NCBI GenBank assembly: GCA_043228905.1
Contig: JBHGNT010000001.1
Coordinates: 29,698,001-29,762,000, forward strand
Reading direction: 5' to 3'
DNA: 64,000 nt
Source of the DNA: Azolla caroliniana
Lineage: Eukaryota > Plantae > Polypodiophyta
Position numbers and translations under genes: made by a program. The notes beneath the pieces are model-generated. The model had not been told where the DNA came from, made no database searches, and worked only from the letters and a program-made list of their open reading frames with translations. Below are positions 49,215 through 60,739 of the stretch, in pieces; position 1 is the stretch's first letter, and every line of letters starts with the position of its first letter.

Positions 49215-51914
49215 TCATTTGCCACCGGCACATACATGGGACATTAAGACATAGGTCACAGAATTCTTTTCCACTGAAGCATGTTTAAAGACTTTCCTTG
49301 CAAACTCCAGATTGCCCCAATTATTACAAGCATTAAGCATAATATTCCATGTTGCAGCATTTGAGCAAATGGGCATCTTCTTTATCATCTCAATCGCCTT
49401 GTCTATTTGACCATATCGGGCAAAAAGATCGATTATGCAAACATTATGCTGGAAATTTGGCATCATGCCATAGCCCTTTCTCATTAACTCATAGTAAGAT
49501 CTAGTAAACTCGAAAAAGCCCGCACGAACACATGCATTAAGCACAACGACAAAGGTAACAGGATCTGGTTTCACACCCACCCCTAGCATTTGTTCAAACA
49601 GACAACAAACTTTTTCAGTTTCTCCAAGCCGAGCATACCCAACCATGAATGACGTCCATGAGAACACATCTTGAACGAGAAGACCCTCAAAAACTTGTTG
49701 AGCTTTGGAAATCAGCCCAAACTTCGCATATATATGAACTAAAGTGTTGCCTACCACATTGGTTGTGACCATACCTCGGCTTTCAACTTCAGCATGTACT
49801 TCTCTGACCTTGTCCATAGCCCCTATGATGCCACAAGCTTTCAAAAAGCACACAAATGTGATGGCATCAGGAGAAAATCCTTTCAAACCCATTTGCTCAA
49901 AATAATTAATGGCTATTTCAGGTTGTCCATATGCAGCAAATCCGGAAATTAATGCACTCCATGATACTAATGTATGCCCTGGAAGTCTATTGAACACATA
50001 TCGAGCCATAGCAAGAAAGCCACACTTGGCATACATATCTATTAGCGTGTTCCCTACACTCGTATCTTTCTCAACGAGCCCATGTGTTTCAATATAAACA
50101 TGCAATTGTTGACCTTTAAATATATCTCTAATGCAGCCACAAGACTTCAATGCACAAACAAGTGTTATTTGATTAGGATGGACACCCTCAAACTGCATCT
50201 GCTCAAAACATCTTAGGGCCTGTTTATATGCCCCATATTGTGTGTGTCCAGTAATAATCAAGGTCCATGATACCACATCTCGGGTTTCCAGCTCATCGAA
50301 GACACACTGGGCTTTGAAAAGCGAGTCACATTTGACATACATATCAATCAATGTGTTGCCAAGCACATCATCACCTTCAAGAAGACCCAGGGTTTTGATC
50401 TGAAGGTGCAATTCTTCACCCTTTTCTATTGCTATGAGAAGGCTACAAGCCTTCAAGCCACTAATAAATGAGAGGGCATCAGGGGATATACCTTCAATTT
50501 GCATTTGGTCAAAGCACTGGAGGGCTTCTTTGGCAAGCTCAGCTTCAACATAGCCCTGAACAAGCGCTGCCCAAGACACCACGTTTCGAACTGGAAGCCT
50601 ATCAAAAATATGATGAGCAGCCTCTGGCAAGCCACATTTTGCATACATATCCACCAAGCTGTTACCTATAACAACATCTCTCTCCATTAATCCAAGCTTT
50701 ACAATCTTGGTATGTATTTCTAGGCCCTTTTCTATGTCCCCCAAACCACCACAAGCTTTCAGAAGACAAATAAAAGTTACTAAATTTGGGTGAACACCCT
50801 TGATTTGCATCTCTTCAAAACAACCAATTGCTTCCAAATTGTAGCCATGTTCACTGTAGCCATAGATGAGTGACGTCCACGAGATTACATCTGGGTACAA
50901 CATTTCGCTCAACACCTGTCTGGCTTTAGCAAAATACCCTGATTTCACATACAAATCAATCAATGCATTGCCAATGAAAAGGCTTCTTTTTACCCACCCT
51001 TGTCTTTCAATCTCCATGTGTATTTCTCTTGCTTGATCAAGGGATCTCATGCCAGAACAAGCTTTCAAAACACAAACAATCGTGGGTGCATCGGGCAAGA
51101 TCCCATCAAGTCGCATCTTTTCATAACACATAAGAGCTGCCTCACTATGGCCATGCTCAGCATACCCAGCAATAAGGGCAGTCCATGTTACAATGTCTCG
51201 AACTTGTAACCCATCGAACACCTCTTGAGCTTTGAGAATTGAACCACATTTGGCATACATATCGACCAACGAGCTACCCATGAAAGGATCTCTTTCAAGC
51301 AGTCCATTTCTTGCAACTTCTCCATGGATATCAAGGCCTCTTTCAAGATCTTTCAATTGCACACAAGCCTTGAGAAGGCTCACATAAGTATGGCCTAAAG
51401 GATATAATGAATGATCCTTTCTCATTCCATGGTAGAGATGGAGAGACTCTTCTGGCTTTCCCAGTTTGGCATAACCACATATTAAAGAGCTCCAAGACCA
51501 CTCATTCCGAAACAGCATCTTGTCAAAGACATGCCGAGCATCCAAAATGTATCCCGATTCAGTAAGTAAAGGAACAAGGTAGTTTCCTAATGAAGAATGA
51601 TTTTCTACCCCATTTCTCTTCATATAATCATATAATCTTAGGGCACAAGAACTAGATTTCTTCTTTCTACATCTCTGCAAGATCCATGTGAATTCTCTAA
51701 TAGTAGGCAATGGCAAGGATCCTTTCTCTAAGTGAAACAAAGCCTTGTCAAGGCACAAATTTTTCCACATAGTTCCATGGAATCTTTTTTCAGTCGCTTT
51801 TGCCTCTTGTATTTGGGGGCATACTCTACGTGGGTTTTCTTTAAAAGAGCACGGATCGCTAACAGAATCCGTAGCGACTTTAGAAGAGAGGCATGCCTGA
51901 TTCTGTCTGTGCAT
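49215..51914 (-). CDS. PLS-class pentatricopeptide repeat protein ending in E1/truncated E2, no DYW, ~899 aa
   Basis: Single long ORF; the first ATG is at 51914 (the track's 51989 start is TTG). Repeated P-L-S triplets (VSWTALI.GY, TF.C.LKACG, GNSLVDMYAKCG). It ends ...IKKMP...TWNIMLNAC..WGN...TYVLMSHVCAGGK*. Confidence 0.93.
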   Translation of the reverse strand: MHRQNQACLSSKVATDSVSDPCSFKENPRRVCPQIQEAKATEKRFHGTMWKNLCLDKALFHLEKGSLPLPTIREFTWILQRCRKKKSSSCALRLYDYMKRNGVENHSSLGNYLVPLLTESGYILDARHVFDKMLFRNEWSWSSLICGYAKLGKPEESLHLYHGMRKDHSLYPLGHTYVSLLKACVQLKDLERGLDIHGEVARNGLLERDPFMGSSLVDMYAKCGSILKAQEVFDGLQVRDIVTWTALIAGYAEHGHSEAALMCYEKMRLDGILPDAPTIVCVLKACSGMRSLDQAREIHMEIERQGWVKRSLFIGNALIDLYVKSGYFAKARQVLSEMLYPDVISWTSLIYGYSEHGYNLEAIGCFEEMQIKGVHPNLVTFICLLKACGGLGDIEKGLEIHTKIVKLGLMERDVVIGNSLVDMYAKCGLPEAAHHIFDRLPVRNVVSWAALVQGYVEAELAKEALQCFDQMQIEGISPDALSFISGLKACSLLIAIEKGEELHLQIKTLGLLEGDDVLGNTLIDMYVKCDSLFKAQCVFDELETRDVVSWTLIITGHTQYGAYKQALRCFEQMQFEGVHPNQITLVCALKSCGCIRDIFKGQQLHVYIETHGLVEKDTSVGNTLIDMYAKCGFLAMARYVFNRLPGHTLVSWSALISGFAAYGQPEIAINYFEQMGLKGFSPDAITFVCFLKACGIIGAMDKVREVHAEVESRGMVTTNVVGNTLVHIYAKFGLISKAQQVFEGLLVQDVFSWTSFMVGYARLGETEKVCCLFEQMLGVGVKPDPVTFVVVLNACVRAGFFEFTRSYYELMRKGYGMMPNFQHNVCIIDLFARYGQIDKAIEMIKKMPICSNAATWNIMLNACNNWGNLEFARKVFKHASVEKNSVTYVLMSHVCAGGK

Positions 51915-52139
51915 GTCGACATGTCTGGTAGAAGCAGGGTATATGATGAGAAACTTGATCTGGAGCAGATTAGAAGCCTGTTCAAACAAAACGACGAGCT
52001 CTTAATTCTGATGACGGATTAAAACAGATATCAGGGCAATGGTTTAGTGTGAGATTTTACGGTTACCGGTTAGGGGTCAACTGTTCTTTTCTTCCTTTTA
52101 GGGTATGTATAGGGTTCAGAGTGTTGGGAGAGTTTGGAG

Positions 52140-52253
52140 TTTTACCTTAGGTTTAGGGTTTAGATATGCTTTCCTACATAGTATTTCCGGGTTCGGCCAC
52201 CGCTCGTTACATTGTACATATACATATGCGAGATTGGGAAATTAGGGTTTAGA
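52140..52253 (-). promoter_or_regulatory. Telo-box (AAACCCTA) motifs in the 5' region of the minus-strand PPR gene
   Basis: TTAGGTTTAGGGTTTAG at ~52147-52163 and TTAGGGTTTAG at ~52242-52252. Another AAACCCTAG lies at ~54189 in the partner PPR's first intron. Confidence 0.45.
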
Positions 52254-54027
52254 GCTCAACCATGACATAATTGTTTGATGCCATGAAGAGTTGAAAGACG
52301 GAAGTTCCATACACGACTACAGAAAAAGTAGCGGACGAAATGATGGTCGATCTCGCACACGAATAAATCGGTTTCGCTAGTTTTGAGACCCAAATCATGT
52401 TTGGTTTCGCTTATGGAACCTGTTTCAATGTTGGCAATATTGGTTCGGTGCGGCTAGTTTTGAGACAAAATCAATCATTGCATATCATCGTGTAAGTTCC
52501 TCGTCGTTGTAGTAGATAGTTTGGAGGGTATATGACTACACAAAATCGAAGGGTTTGTTTCTGGTTGATCAAATATTCATATTCTTAGTCCATCGGTAAG
52601 ATGCACATTTACATGGTTGAATTAAAGATGTATTGTTCAGAGGATCTAGATTTGTGCAAGAATTTGTTATCAACATACATACAAGTTTACAAGCTTTTAC
52701 AATGGTTGATCGTAGTGAATTCCTTTCGTTGGTGGTGGATCCTATGGTGTATATAATATCCACGCACATGAAAAGCAAGACATTACGTGCTAAAGCACAA
52801 TGCAAAGCATTGCCTTTGTATGCCATTTAAGAGCACTTGGTTGGCTTTTGTATATCCTAGGAGATAAGAAGTTAACAAACATGCATGTTTGAACTTTTAA
52901 GAGAGAGAGAGAGAGTGTGTGTGTGTGTGTGTATGTGAGTGTGCGCGCGCACCCAATTATGGGTTTATCTAGCAACAACTACAAAATATTGCAATGATGC
53001 AAGGTCCTTTACCTTTACAAACAGAAGAGAAACCGTGGATTGATTGGTGTTTATGGGGCGAGACATTGTTTTTACAAGTGACGACTAATTTTTTGTATCA
53101 TTTCTTCATTGAGTCTTTTCGATGGCTATTATCCAAGGCTGAAGAAGAATGGAAAATACACAACTTTGATAATGGACGATGGCAAATCTTAATGGCAGTA
53201 TAAATTGCCACTTATAGCAAAGGTCTTCATTTGGAGAGTTTTGATTGGGAGGTTGCCTTTGGGATTAGCTCTAAAGCAATGAACAATTGCTTCTTTTGCA
53301 TTGTTCAATTGGAAGATAGTACTCATCGTTTCATACAATATCTGATTGCGTCTCATATCTAGAGTTACATTTATCAAATTTGGCAAGTTTTATCGTGGCG
53401 TTATTTGACCCCTAGACAGTGGGTGTTGACCAAAAATCAAAGATAGAGATCGTTTTCTTATTTCTCAGGTATCGAGGATTGCATCATAATTGGGATATGT
53501 GAAAAGCTTTTGCATTTGATGGTTGGTGTGGGAGTCATAGCATGCCGACGAAAGTTGAAGGGAGTACTAATGTGACAAATTTCTTTATTGGAGCATGCGG
53601 AAATCAATTCCTCGGTGGAGTGTTCGTCTTGCACCTACTGGCAATTCAACATGTTCCACAACCCATGTAGTGTAGTGTAGTTAGTGGGTGTGCATACCCC
53701 ATTCCATTGTGACCGCGGACACCCATTGTAAGAAGTGTTTTTCACACACATTTACTTATATAATTGTGTGTTTTCACCAAAAGAAAAAGAGAAGATTAAC
53801 CGTCTTCTAAGACCAAATTTGGCCCATGATGAGACCCAAATTGATTACAATAGTGGGGATGTGGTGTGTACCCAGCCATCTAAAATAAGAAATGTCCATC
53901 TACAGTTTGATCGATCCTTGGAGAAGAGCATTTAATTTATTCTATCATGTCATTCGATGATATGTATGTATGTATGTACTTATCATGATACTAACAGCAC
54001 TGCAGAGTAGTTAGTTGTTCACAGGAG

Positions 54028-57000
54028 ATGGAGGTGGATCCTCTTGCACTCGGAGTAATCGGTGCTTCTGCACAGCCCTCTCCTTTTCATCGGATCCACA
54101 CAGCTCCAACTCTTCCTTACTACAGAATCAGGTCAACACCTTTCCTTTCCCTCTTCCTCTTTTCATGGTATTTACGGATAGAAACTTTAAACCCTAGATT
54201 TCCACGATCTCCTTTTAGAGCCCTGTGTTTTTTTTTGACACTTCTTGATAATTACTATAACCTCAAGTTTTCGTTGTATGCATTCCCGGATATCTTTTAA
54301 CCCTACAATTGCTTTCTTTATCATTTTCATTATACCATTAGCCTTAGATTCTCTTTTCTATTGCTGTTTTTGGCATTTCCTGTTAGATTTTTTTTCCCCA
54401 ATTGTACAATTTGATTTCTCATTTGATTTCTTCAGATTTTCTGCTAGAGTTTAACACTCAAATTCCTTTCTCTGTTGATTTTTTGCTACTTTCTAATAAA
54501 ATATAGATCTAAATCTCCTATCTCTGTGGAGCTCTTGGAATTCCCTGGTTAAACTCAGAATTTAGCCTAAATTTCCTTTTCCCATTTTTTCCTTCACGTT
54601 TTCTGAATGCAAAATTTACCTTGATGTTTTTAGGGATGTTGCTCACTTTACATCGGGGCAAAAACATGTAGCTGAGAAGCCAGATAGATATATCTTTGCT
54701 GCAGAATTTCAACAAAATGTTGTCTTTGGACCAACATCTCATTCTAATGACATCGAAATGCATGTGAATGTTCAAGATGGAGGTGTTTATAACCACATAT
54801 ACAGCAGGAAAAATGGAATGTATGACAGAATGTCACTTATCTCTCCTGAGACTTGTTGTTTTATGTTGCATGAATGTATAGAAAAGCAGGATCTTATCAA
54901 TGGTAGAGGTATACAGCTCTCTCTGATAAGCAATGGTTTGGATTTGATTCCTTCTATGGTAGACAATCTTATCCGTCTATTCGACACATGTGGATGCTTA
55001 TCCGAAGCCGACCTTGTATTTTGTAAGGTTTTATGTCCAAGTCTTTCAACATGGCATGCCCTCATGCTCGCATATGTTGCTCATGGAAGAAGCGAGAGAG
55101 CTCTGGAAATATATATGAGAATGGAAGAACAAGGAATTGTCCGTAATAGCTTCCTATTCACGTGTGCTCTAAAGTGTTGTGTGAGCATAAAGGCGATATC
55201 ACGAGGGCAGTTAGTACATGAACATATTATAGAGTCGGGACTTCTATCTGATCTATTTGTTGCTAGTTCGTTGATTAATTTCTATGCCAAAACTGGAGAT
55301 TTGCGAAAAGCCCGGATTATCTTCAATGTATTGCAATACAAGAATGTTGTAACATGGTCTACAATGATTGATGGGTGTATAGAGAACAAAGATATAGATC
55401 TTGCTATTCAATTATTTGAGGAAATGCAGTGTGAAGGGATTGAGCCAAATGAAGTCACTTATTCATCCATTTTTAATGCATGTGGTAGCCTTGGGGATTT
55501 AGACAAGGGTATGCTCTTGCATGATCAAGTGATTGAAATCGGGTTTGATACAACTCTTCGCATTGCGAATAGTCTAATAGATATGTATGCAAAATGTGAG
55601 AGCATTGAAGAAGCTCGTGAAGTGTTCGAAGACTTGCCGAACGCAGATGTGGTGTCTTGGAATGCTCTCATTGCAGGTTATACCTTGAATGAACGAATTC
55701 CTTGTGCTCTCCAAGTATTTGAAAGCATGCTGATTAAGGGAATGGAGCCAAACAAAATTACATTATCGTGCATCTTGAAAGCATGTGCAAGCATTGGGTC
55801 TTTATATGAGGGCAAGATGATACATGATCAGGTTATTAAAGATGGGCTAGAGTTGGATGAATACATCCAGAGTAACCTTATTGACATGTATTGTAAATGT
55901 GGATGCTTGGAGGAGGCCCATAAAGTTTTTGATAATTGGCATGGCTGTAAAAATATTGTAGCATGGGGTGCTATGATGGCTGGATATACACAACATAACT
56001 TTAGCTATACCGTGTTGGAACTTTTCGCGAAAATGAAATTGCTCAGTGTAAAACCCAACAGTTATGTATTCTCCTGTGTACTCAAAGCATGCAGTGATAT
56101 TGGCGATTTAGAGAAAGGTGTGAATATACACGAGCAGATTCATCTGAGTGGAATTAGAGTATGTGCATTTCTAGGAAGCAGTCTCATTGACATGTATTCT
56201 AAATGCGGAGATTTAGAGGGTGCCTTGAGAGCATTTGAAGATATAGAATCTAAGGATGTTGTGTCATGGGGTGCAATGATGGCTGGTTATGTTCAGCATG
56301 GGCATCTTATATCTGCCTTTCAGCTTTATGATAGAATGAAAAGATATGGTCCTGATGCTGATGAAGCGATCTTTATTTCTCTCCTAACTGCCTGTGGTGG
56401 TATCAGTGTCTTGCGCCAAGGACAGTCCTTACATTGTGAAGTAATCTTAAAGGGTTTCGGATTAGATATGAAAATTGGAAATGCGCTTTTAGATATGTAT
56501 ACCAAGTGTGAGGGTCTTGATGAGGCACAGATTGTTTTTAATGCGATGGAGAGTCGAAATGAAGCATCATGGAGTATTATGATCTCAATGCTTGCGCAAA
56601 GGGCTGATTTCTTGTCATTAAGGCTGTATCTGAAAGGTATGGAAGAAGAGGATTTAGTACCTGATAGCATTCTTTTCACATGTATTCTCGCCTCGTGCAG
56701 TCGTGCAGGACATGTCGAAGAGGGTCTGAAGTTTTTCCGGTGCATGAGAGATTTTTATTGCATTACACCGGGTATTGAACATTTTGGCTGTATAGTTGAA
56801 CTCCTTGGGAAGAGAGGACACCTAGAAGAGGCTGAAGAGCTACTTGAGATTTTACCCATGTTTCCTGATAGTACTGCATGGATGTCTTTGCTTGCAGCAT
56901 GCCAGAAGTATAAAAATGTGATAATTGGAAGGAAGTGCTTTGGTCAGGTCATTAGGCTGGATTCAAAGGTAGCTGTAGCCTATGTGCTAATGTCTAATAT

Positions 57001-57535
57001 CTATGCTGATGCCGGCATGTTGGAAGAAGCACATACAATAGACGAAGAGAGAAAATGTTTGAATGTGTGGAAAGTTCCTGGAAGGGCATGGATTGAAATC
57101 AACAGTGATGTGCATGAATTCGTTGTTGGAGATAAAACTCATCCAGAGAGCGACAGGATCTATGCTAATCTAAAAAGGTTATCTGTGCGTTTGAGAGCGG
57201 AAGGTTATGTACCTCAATTAAGTGCAGTAGGATCAGAGGTGGCACCAGAGAAAAGTAAAGAAAGTAAGGAAGAGGCTTTGCTTGGGCATTGTGAGAAGCT
57301 CGCTATAGCTTTTGGGCTCCTCAGCACAGCTGAAGGAGTGACTCTACGTGTTTCCAAGAATCTTCGGGTATGTCAAGACTGCCACAATGTTAGTAAGATT
57401 ATATCTCGAATGGAAAAACGGGAAATTATTATAAATGACTCTCACCAGGTTCACCACTTTAACAATGGGAATTGCTCTTGTGAGTTCAGCACAGAGTCGT
57501 CTGGGTTATGTCTACACTCTTGTACGAAGATTTGA
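54028..57535 (+). CDS. PLS-class PPR protein with E and DYW-type cytidine-deaminase-like domain (RNA editing factor), ~1001 aa, 2 exons
   Basis: Putative exon 1 at 54028-54131 (AG|GT) splices in phase to the acceptor at 54634, which stays open into ORF 54758-57535. PLS triplets, E1/E2, PG box (PGRAWIE, 57077), HCEKLAIAFGL (57287), KNLRVCQDCH and HHFNNGNCSC. Exon 1 is inferred. Confidence 0.92.
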
Positions 57536-59036
57536 TTGAAATCTGGGGGGAGGGGGGGTGTTTGTTGTCCTCACTTGGTAATGGCGAAGTAGAGAGGGGC
57601 TCAATTGCAATCATAATGATCGATGATTCAGAATGCATGGAAGATTCTCTGAATGTGCACAATGATTCAGGGGTTTGTGACATTCCAGGGTATTTGTATA
57701 AAACTTTCCTGATATATAGTCTGAAGTTCTCTGAAAGAGAGATTGATAATTCAGGTCTTCCAGTCCAGAATGTCTCTAAGGCTTCACTCTCACATTTAAG
57801 TCTCACCTAATTGTATTTGTCGAAGGGGACTGATGGTTTCGATGTAAATGAAATTGCATCCTAACAAGCCTTGCACAATTGAATGCAAGCAGGTCATTCA
57901 CACGATCGTGGTATCAGGCATCCAACTGCATTGGAAAATCTGAGCTAAGGCGTGGCCAACCAAATAAACAAAAATTGAGATTTACGACTTGACAAGATAC
58001 TGTTGAAATTTTTTACCAGCAGACATCTTGATATTTGAAGAGTTCTCATGCTAAAACATCAGAAAACTTGTAACCTGTGCGTTCTCCTCTAAGGTGTTGA
58101 GCTGGATCAATCGTGACCTCATTGAAAATGTAACTGTAACCTGTAACAGTTGAATTACCATAATGTTGATCCGAGTAGACACCAAATCCATATGCTATCA
58201 TCAATCCTGGTAGGCAGGATTGGGCTCTTGTCAAGATAGACATGAACAAATGTATGCCATTGTTTGATATGAGCACATGCAGTCTATGTTTTGCAACGTA
58301 TTGCTTCTTGTAGAAATTCTGTACCAGTATCCCCATCCATTGAAAAAACATTGACAAGAAATGCATGATTTGAGATTAGACTGCCTTTCCGCCGAGAAGC
58401 TACAGAAATTGGGATATAGAACAATGTATGACGCATGTTTTTGCCACTTTTACAAGAAACCTTGAAGACCTGGCTGCTTTACTTATGCAAGCTAATATTG
58501 AAAATATGACAGCCAATAGTAAAGCATAAAGTCACATCAGTAGTAGCCAATTCTAAGTACTTAGAAACTGAACCCATTAAAGAGCTTATATTTGCCTGTT
58601 CATATTCTGTCTCTTGGCATTCAGAACCATTTGCACAATTTTAAATTTTTTCTACATTATCATCATAAACCAAAAGAGCTTATATATGCCTATTGTTATT
58701 GTGTCCAAGAATTAAGAACCATTTGCAAAATTTAAAATTTTCTCTAAATCATCATCATGAACCAAGCCTTACTGCGTATAAAGATCACCCCATGCTTCAT
58801 AGACTCATGAATAACTTGATGGAAAAGAAGTGGGGGAGATAAAGGGGGAAAACAATTTGCCCAAACTGACCTTATCTTAAACTTTAACCAAATGCTTTAC
58901 ATATGAGATTCAAACCTCATCCATGAAGTACCACAAACAAGATACGAGATCAAATATACAAATAAACAATCAACATATCTATCATGTTGATAATGATTAC
59001 AAGCTCCCAGAGGTACTTCTTCTTTTTAATACAAAT

Positions 59037-59918
59037 TTAAGAGAAGGTGTAGTGCTTATCAACAGCTTCAAAGACCTCCCATGTACAACTCATTCCATCG
59101 GGAAAAGTGACCAAATCTCCGGCACCGATCTCCACATATGCAGAAGTGCCTTCCCCATACACCTTTACCTTGCCTTTGAGGAGATAGCATGTCTCTGTGC
59201 CTGAGTATGTCCATGGGAACTTGCTCGGAGAACACCCCCACCTGCATATCATATTTGAATGGCATATCAACAATGGATGGAAAGTAAATGCCTAGGGAAC
59301 TCCTCAAATTTCTTTAAGAAAAGCTACCCCAATGTAGCTGATTCGGAATGCCTGGCAACAATTATGTAGTGGAAAATAAAATGCCCACGGAAATTTATGA
59401 AAACACTAAACTGAATATTTTCAACAAAATACCCCTCATATATTTCCAAGGAAATACTCCCATCTGCACCATAGAGAACGCAGGAGATCCCAAAAAAGCA
59501 TTTGAAGAATTTTGTGAAAACTGAGGCAATATTGCGAGGGGAAATCTTGTGTGAAGAATCAGGGGATTCTTTGACAAATGTTTCACTTAAAGAAATTTCT
59601 AACTTTTACATAAGCAAATGTATATCATTTCTCGTTCAACATCAATGGATGCACATCAACGATCAATGAAAAAATGTTCACAACATACTTTGGCCACGAT
59701 CGGACGCCGAGCTCTGAGAGGCGAGACTCGGGAGGGTTCCTCTCCACGCGAACACCGATCTTCTCCTCCACCACTGTCTCCTTAGCCATGGCTCGTATGG
59801 GTCTCACACGAGGAGGAGGAGGGCGGAGACGAAGAAGAAGAGACGCAGAAGAAGAAGCAGTAGAGGTAGTGGCAGCAGCGTTCTTGAGAGGGGCTCCAAT
59901 TGCTAGGGTAAGGGACAT
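59037..59918 (-). CDS. RmlC-like cupin (DUF861/EutQ-like, At4g10300/TRR14-like) with putative plastid transit peptide, 2 exons, 144 aa
   Basis: Exons 59918-59689 and 59241-59037. Sequence ERNPPESRLSELGVRSWPKWGCSPSKFPWTYSGTETCYLLKGKVKV..GAGDLVTFPDGMSCTWEV..AVDKHY. The N-terminus is Ser/Ala/Arg-rich. Confidence 0.93.
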
Positions 59919-60739
59919 GGTGTGCTTCCTACCTACACTTCTTCTTCTCCTCTGCTTCTTCTTCTTCTTCTTCTCCTTCAAAGGTGTGTGTATGTGTGTG
60001 AAGGAGAGAAGAAGGTTTGGGTTTGGTTTTTATTTTATATAAATGGTTCGGCTCGGTTCGGTTCGGTTTCAAGGCAAAGAAACCGAAACCGAAACCGGGC
60101 CCATTGCTAGACTATGTCCATGTTTCGTGTGTGTGTATGTGTGTGTACATGGTTGTGACCAAGTCCCCACAACAAACAAACAATGTGCTCATGTCCATGT
60201 CCATGTCCATGCCCATGTCCTTGCGTTGTGTCCAAGTCCGTGCAACCCACAATCTGTGATCGTTGTTGAGCACACACATGGACGCACCTGCACCTCGACA
60301 TGTTGTGTGTATGAATTCATACATATGTATATGCCCTCTCCTTTTCAAAGCTCCTAGGTTGTCTTTAAGGTAAAGATATGAACCTCCCTCTTTTGATAAC
60401 TTCCCGATCAATCACGGAATGCTAAACTTCTTGTTGGCGTGGAGAGGTTCTACCTATCCATATTAGTAGAGAACTAAAATAAAGTATGGACATTGTTCAA
60501 TAACCTATACTACTTACCACGGGAATGGCGCGTGGTTTACAATGGCCTATCAACATTTTTCCGGGAACTTGCCATCATTGTTATGTGAAGGCATGATTAT
60601 GCCTATGCTATGTCACTATCGCTTTTGGCGAATTCAAAATTTCATGCCGCACACCCACCAATCCATGTAGGACTCGATCGAGTGACTCGTCACATCCGAT
60701 GATCGGGTTCTCCCAACTCTAGTAGTTATTAGTCAGAAT

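Noticed and set aside
51915-51989. ORF-track start of the minus-strand PPR at 51989
   Set aside because: It is a TTG. The first ATG is at 51914, and no coding upstream exon could be found.
52140-52260. Interstitial telomere
   Set aside because: Only 1-2 TTTAGGG units per site, consistent with telo-boxes rather than a telomeric array.
58046-58366. Short ORF apparently conserved with 61181-61366 (GFGVYSDQHYG..TVTGYSY)
   Set aside because: The similarity is fully explained by the DNA-level tandem duplication. Starts and ends differ and I recognise no protein family.
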